Source: Raillietiella orientalis
Taxonomy: Eukaryota
Assembly (NCBI GenBank): GCA_036172245.1
Contig: JAYWIR010000041.1
Coordinates: forward strand, 992,001-1,056,000
Reading direction: 5' to 3'
DNA: 64,000 nt
Shown: one piece after another, positions 61,560 through 64,000 of the stretch
Numbering within the stretch: position 1 is the first letter of the stretch
Layout: every line of letters begins with the position of its first letter
Program-made: the position numbers and the translations under genes
The notes under the pieces: model-generated
Told to the model about the DNA's origin: nothing
The model's database searches: none
What the model saw: the letters and a program-made list of their open reading frames with translations, nothing else

Positions 61560-64000
61560 GAGTCAAGTGTTGAGCGAAGATGCCAGCAGCCAGAGAGCGA
61601 AGTGGCCGGCAGCCTTGCCTTCCTTGATGAATCGCTGACGTGGTGTTCCCCCTAGGAGCACTCCTATCTGTGCTTTCTGTACTTCCTGAAGCACTTAGAA
61701 GATGGTGTTCAACAGAAAACGAGAAAGCACCGCCCTCTCACTTCGGATGCTGCGCTGCGATCTTGCATCTCGCAAATCACTGAGGGCATTGCTTGTTTTT
61801 CAGATTCGACCCGATTTTCTCAGACGTATGGATGCAGGCGGCGAGGACTCATGGAGTGCAACATCACCGTCAAAAAGTCCCTGAATTGGGAGCCCATGCG
61901 ATCACTGAGGCCTCTGATCTTTACTTTCATGCAGCTAGTCCTCAGAACTGACTCCAAGCCATGCAGCTGCTCTGACAACTCGGTCATCTTGACCAGAAAG
62001 CAAGGAGACTAGAGTTCTTCAGCTGCGAACAGTGTGGGTTCATCTGCGTTCTCAGAGTGGTGCATAATGGCAACGAGAACTTTTGATCCCGCCCTTGCAT
62101 CCCTGAATGTTTCGCTGCTGCTTCGACTGCCTTCTGCCAAACACCAGTGTTCTGGAGTGTTGTGCTCTTTACCCGAGGGCACAACTGGGAATAATCCCGG
62201 CAACTGAGCTCGCGTCACGCTCCTGTTTCACCACCAGCCTCTCGATGTGGAGCTCTTTGGTTCAGGCGCCTCCTCGTTCGATCCCTTTGAAACCAGCAGC
62301 AAAGAGCAACTCTTGGCAGTGCCAGTCGATGGCCACCTCCGGAAACGGACCAATTTCTGAGCACTCAAGCGGCCAAGACAGGATGGAGGTCACACTGGAG
62401 GATGCTCGTTTCAACGTGGCCTATTCGTCTCCTTCTACAGACGAAACGTCTGATCTTCGGGATTCCGCCTCGCACACCCTTTGGTGCGCGTCCCAAGATT
62501 GTTAGCTGCTCCGCACTTATTCCAGGGACCTCGGTTTTTCGGTCGATCCTGTCCGTCGTTTTCCGGACCCCCGATCTCGTAAACCCAAGCATTCTAAGAT
62601 GATCGCTCGCACCCGCGCCGAGGTGCGCCTCTAGCGGCGAGGCGGAGAACTAACCGCTAATGCTCGCTCTCCTTGAGTCGCGCGCGCTGCATCTTCTAAA
62701 GGCGGGGCAGCGCGAAGATCACCCCCGAGCACCAGACCCGGCCGCAGCTGGGAAGAATCCTCCTGAGATGGGATCATTCGCACCCACCAGCCCTTAATCG
62801 ATCCGGCCGAGCGAGAAAAGGGACCGGGAAGAAGTGCAACCACCACAACCTCTTCTAGCTAGAAGGCCACAGTGGCCGAGGATCTCAGCGCAGGTTCCAA
62901 AACCGGGAGCGATTCGGAGCCTGAGAATGGGGCTTGATTCCCGGAACCCTTAGAGTCTGCCCATGACGAAACTGACAGGCATGAGGACTTGGAACAAAAT
63001 CAACTCAGGCGTGGGGGTCAAGGGCCCAAGGGGTGTCAAGTCGGAGGTCCCCAACGTGCCGACGAAGCAGAAGACACCGTCTCAGGGGACTCTGGCCGAA
63101 CGGCGGCAGGGGGAAAGGGTGGGGAAAAGCGGCTGCTCGCTCACGCAGAGTCCCAGCGTTGGTGCGGGGACTCGTCGCAGGATCTCGAAAGTTCCGGGGC
63201 CCGTCGAACGACGTACTGTCGAGGCAGCCCCGGAGGGAACGCCCGAGGAAGCGGAAGGAGCGCCACAACGTCCGGCCCCCTCGCGCAGCATCTGGTGAAA
63301 GCGCTAGCTGGGTCGCCAGCCGAGGGGAAACAGCCCCCCTTTCCGTGGACTGCCACCTCCATCGCCCGAGGGAACAGAGCAGAAGACCGCAGAGATGACA
63401 AGAAACCCTCCTCCTCTCTGTCACTCCTCGCACGAGCTGCGAGTGAATGGAGATGTGCGGTTTCTGCACTGTCCAGCCCCACAGTTGCAGCGCAGCGTTC
63501 CCGGCGGTGCGCCCCGGCGTGACCACTCACTCCCTGAGGCGTCGGACCAGCTAGAGCTGCGCGCAGAGACGACCGATGCCACGCCTCTCATTGGGATCAC
63601 CCGGTGCGTGGTACTCCCTGACTCCGGGGGACCGTCGCCATCAGCCGGCGGAAAGCCCGAAGAGGCTCCACCGCAAACAGCACCAACTCGCCCCCCTGCC
63701 GCGCACCGTGAGCCGGACCCCCCCTCCCTCCGATGAATTCTTTCCGCGAGGAGCGCTGCCAGGACGGGAGGACGCCGGGGGCGTTCTGATGGCGGCGACG
63801 ACGAGGACGGGACTCCAGAGGGCGCGCACGCGGTGGTTCCCCGACCTGTTCCCTGGCGGCCGCGGCGTGAGCACTCCTTTCTTCCTCCTCTCTCGGGGAA
63901 GCAGAAGCGGTGCGGGCGCTTCGGCTACGTGAGGTCGTCCCCAGAGACCCCCCACGAACTCGGAGGGAAGTGGCAACGCGGTTTCCCTCTACTGTGCGGC
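61560..64000 (-). mobile_element. L1/Tx1-like 5' remnant(s): ORF1 with zinc knuckle, then endonuclease
   Basis: DVVALLPLPRAFPPGLPRQYV (ORF1-like); LTILG...GIPK..FVCRRRRIGH (cf. L.I.G....G.P..C..C...GH); VLVAIMH...LF (EN-like). GC-rich 5' region. Possibly two elements. Confidence 0.5.

Noticed and set aside
1..64000. Prokaryotic defence system or operon
   Set aside because: No gene-dense intact ORFs, and the content is LINEs, microsatellites and a NUMT; the window is eukaryotic.

Overview
Eukaryotic nuclear DNA, most likely from an invertebrate animal; the main evidence is an embedded animal-type mitochondrial rrnL-nad1 fragment. I find no intact protein-coding gene: the longest listed ORF is 286 aa, and every recognisable domain is broken by stops, frameshifts and deletions. 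The window is a mosaic of five kinds of remnant. (1) About 14 L1/Tx1-like LINE fragments; four of them belong to one family and share a structured 3' end. (2) Three RNase H-type (I-group-like) LINE remnants, two Gypsy fragments, one Academ-like fragment and a few TIR elements. (3) A dense set of decayed immune-type modules: roughly 8-10 NACHT (NLR-type STAND NTPase) remnants and about 5 IRE1/RNase L-like kinase remnants, some next to Death-fold-like or KEN-like segments. (4) A possible MOXD1/DBH-like pseudogene. (5) A ~600 bp NUMT lying between piggyBac-like TTAA-CCC...GGG-TTAA ends. All domain calls come from manual motif reading across frameshifts and need HMM/BLAST confirmation; boundaries are approximate (about 50-200 bp). 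No CRISPR array, operon or other prokaryotic system is present.
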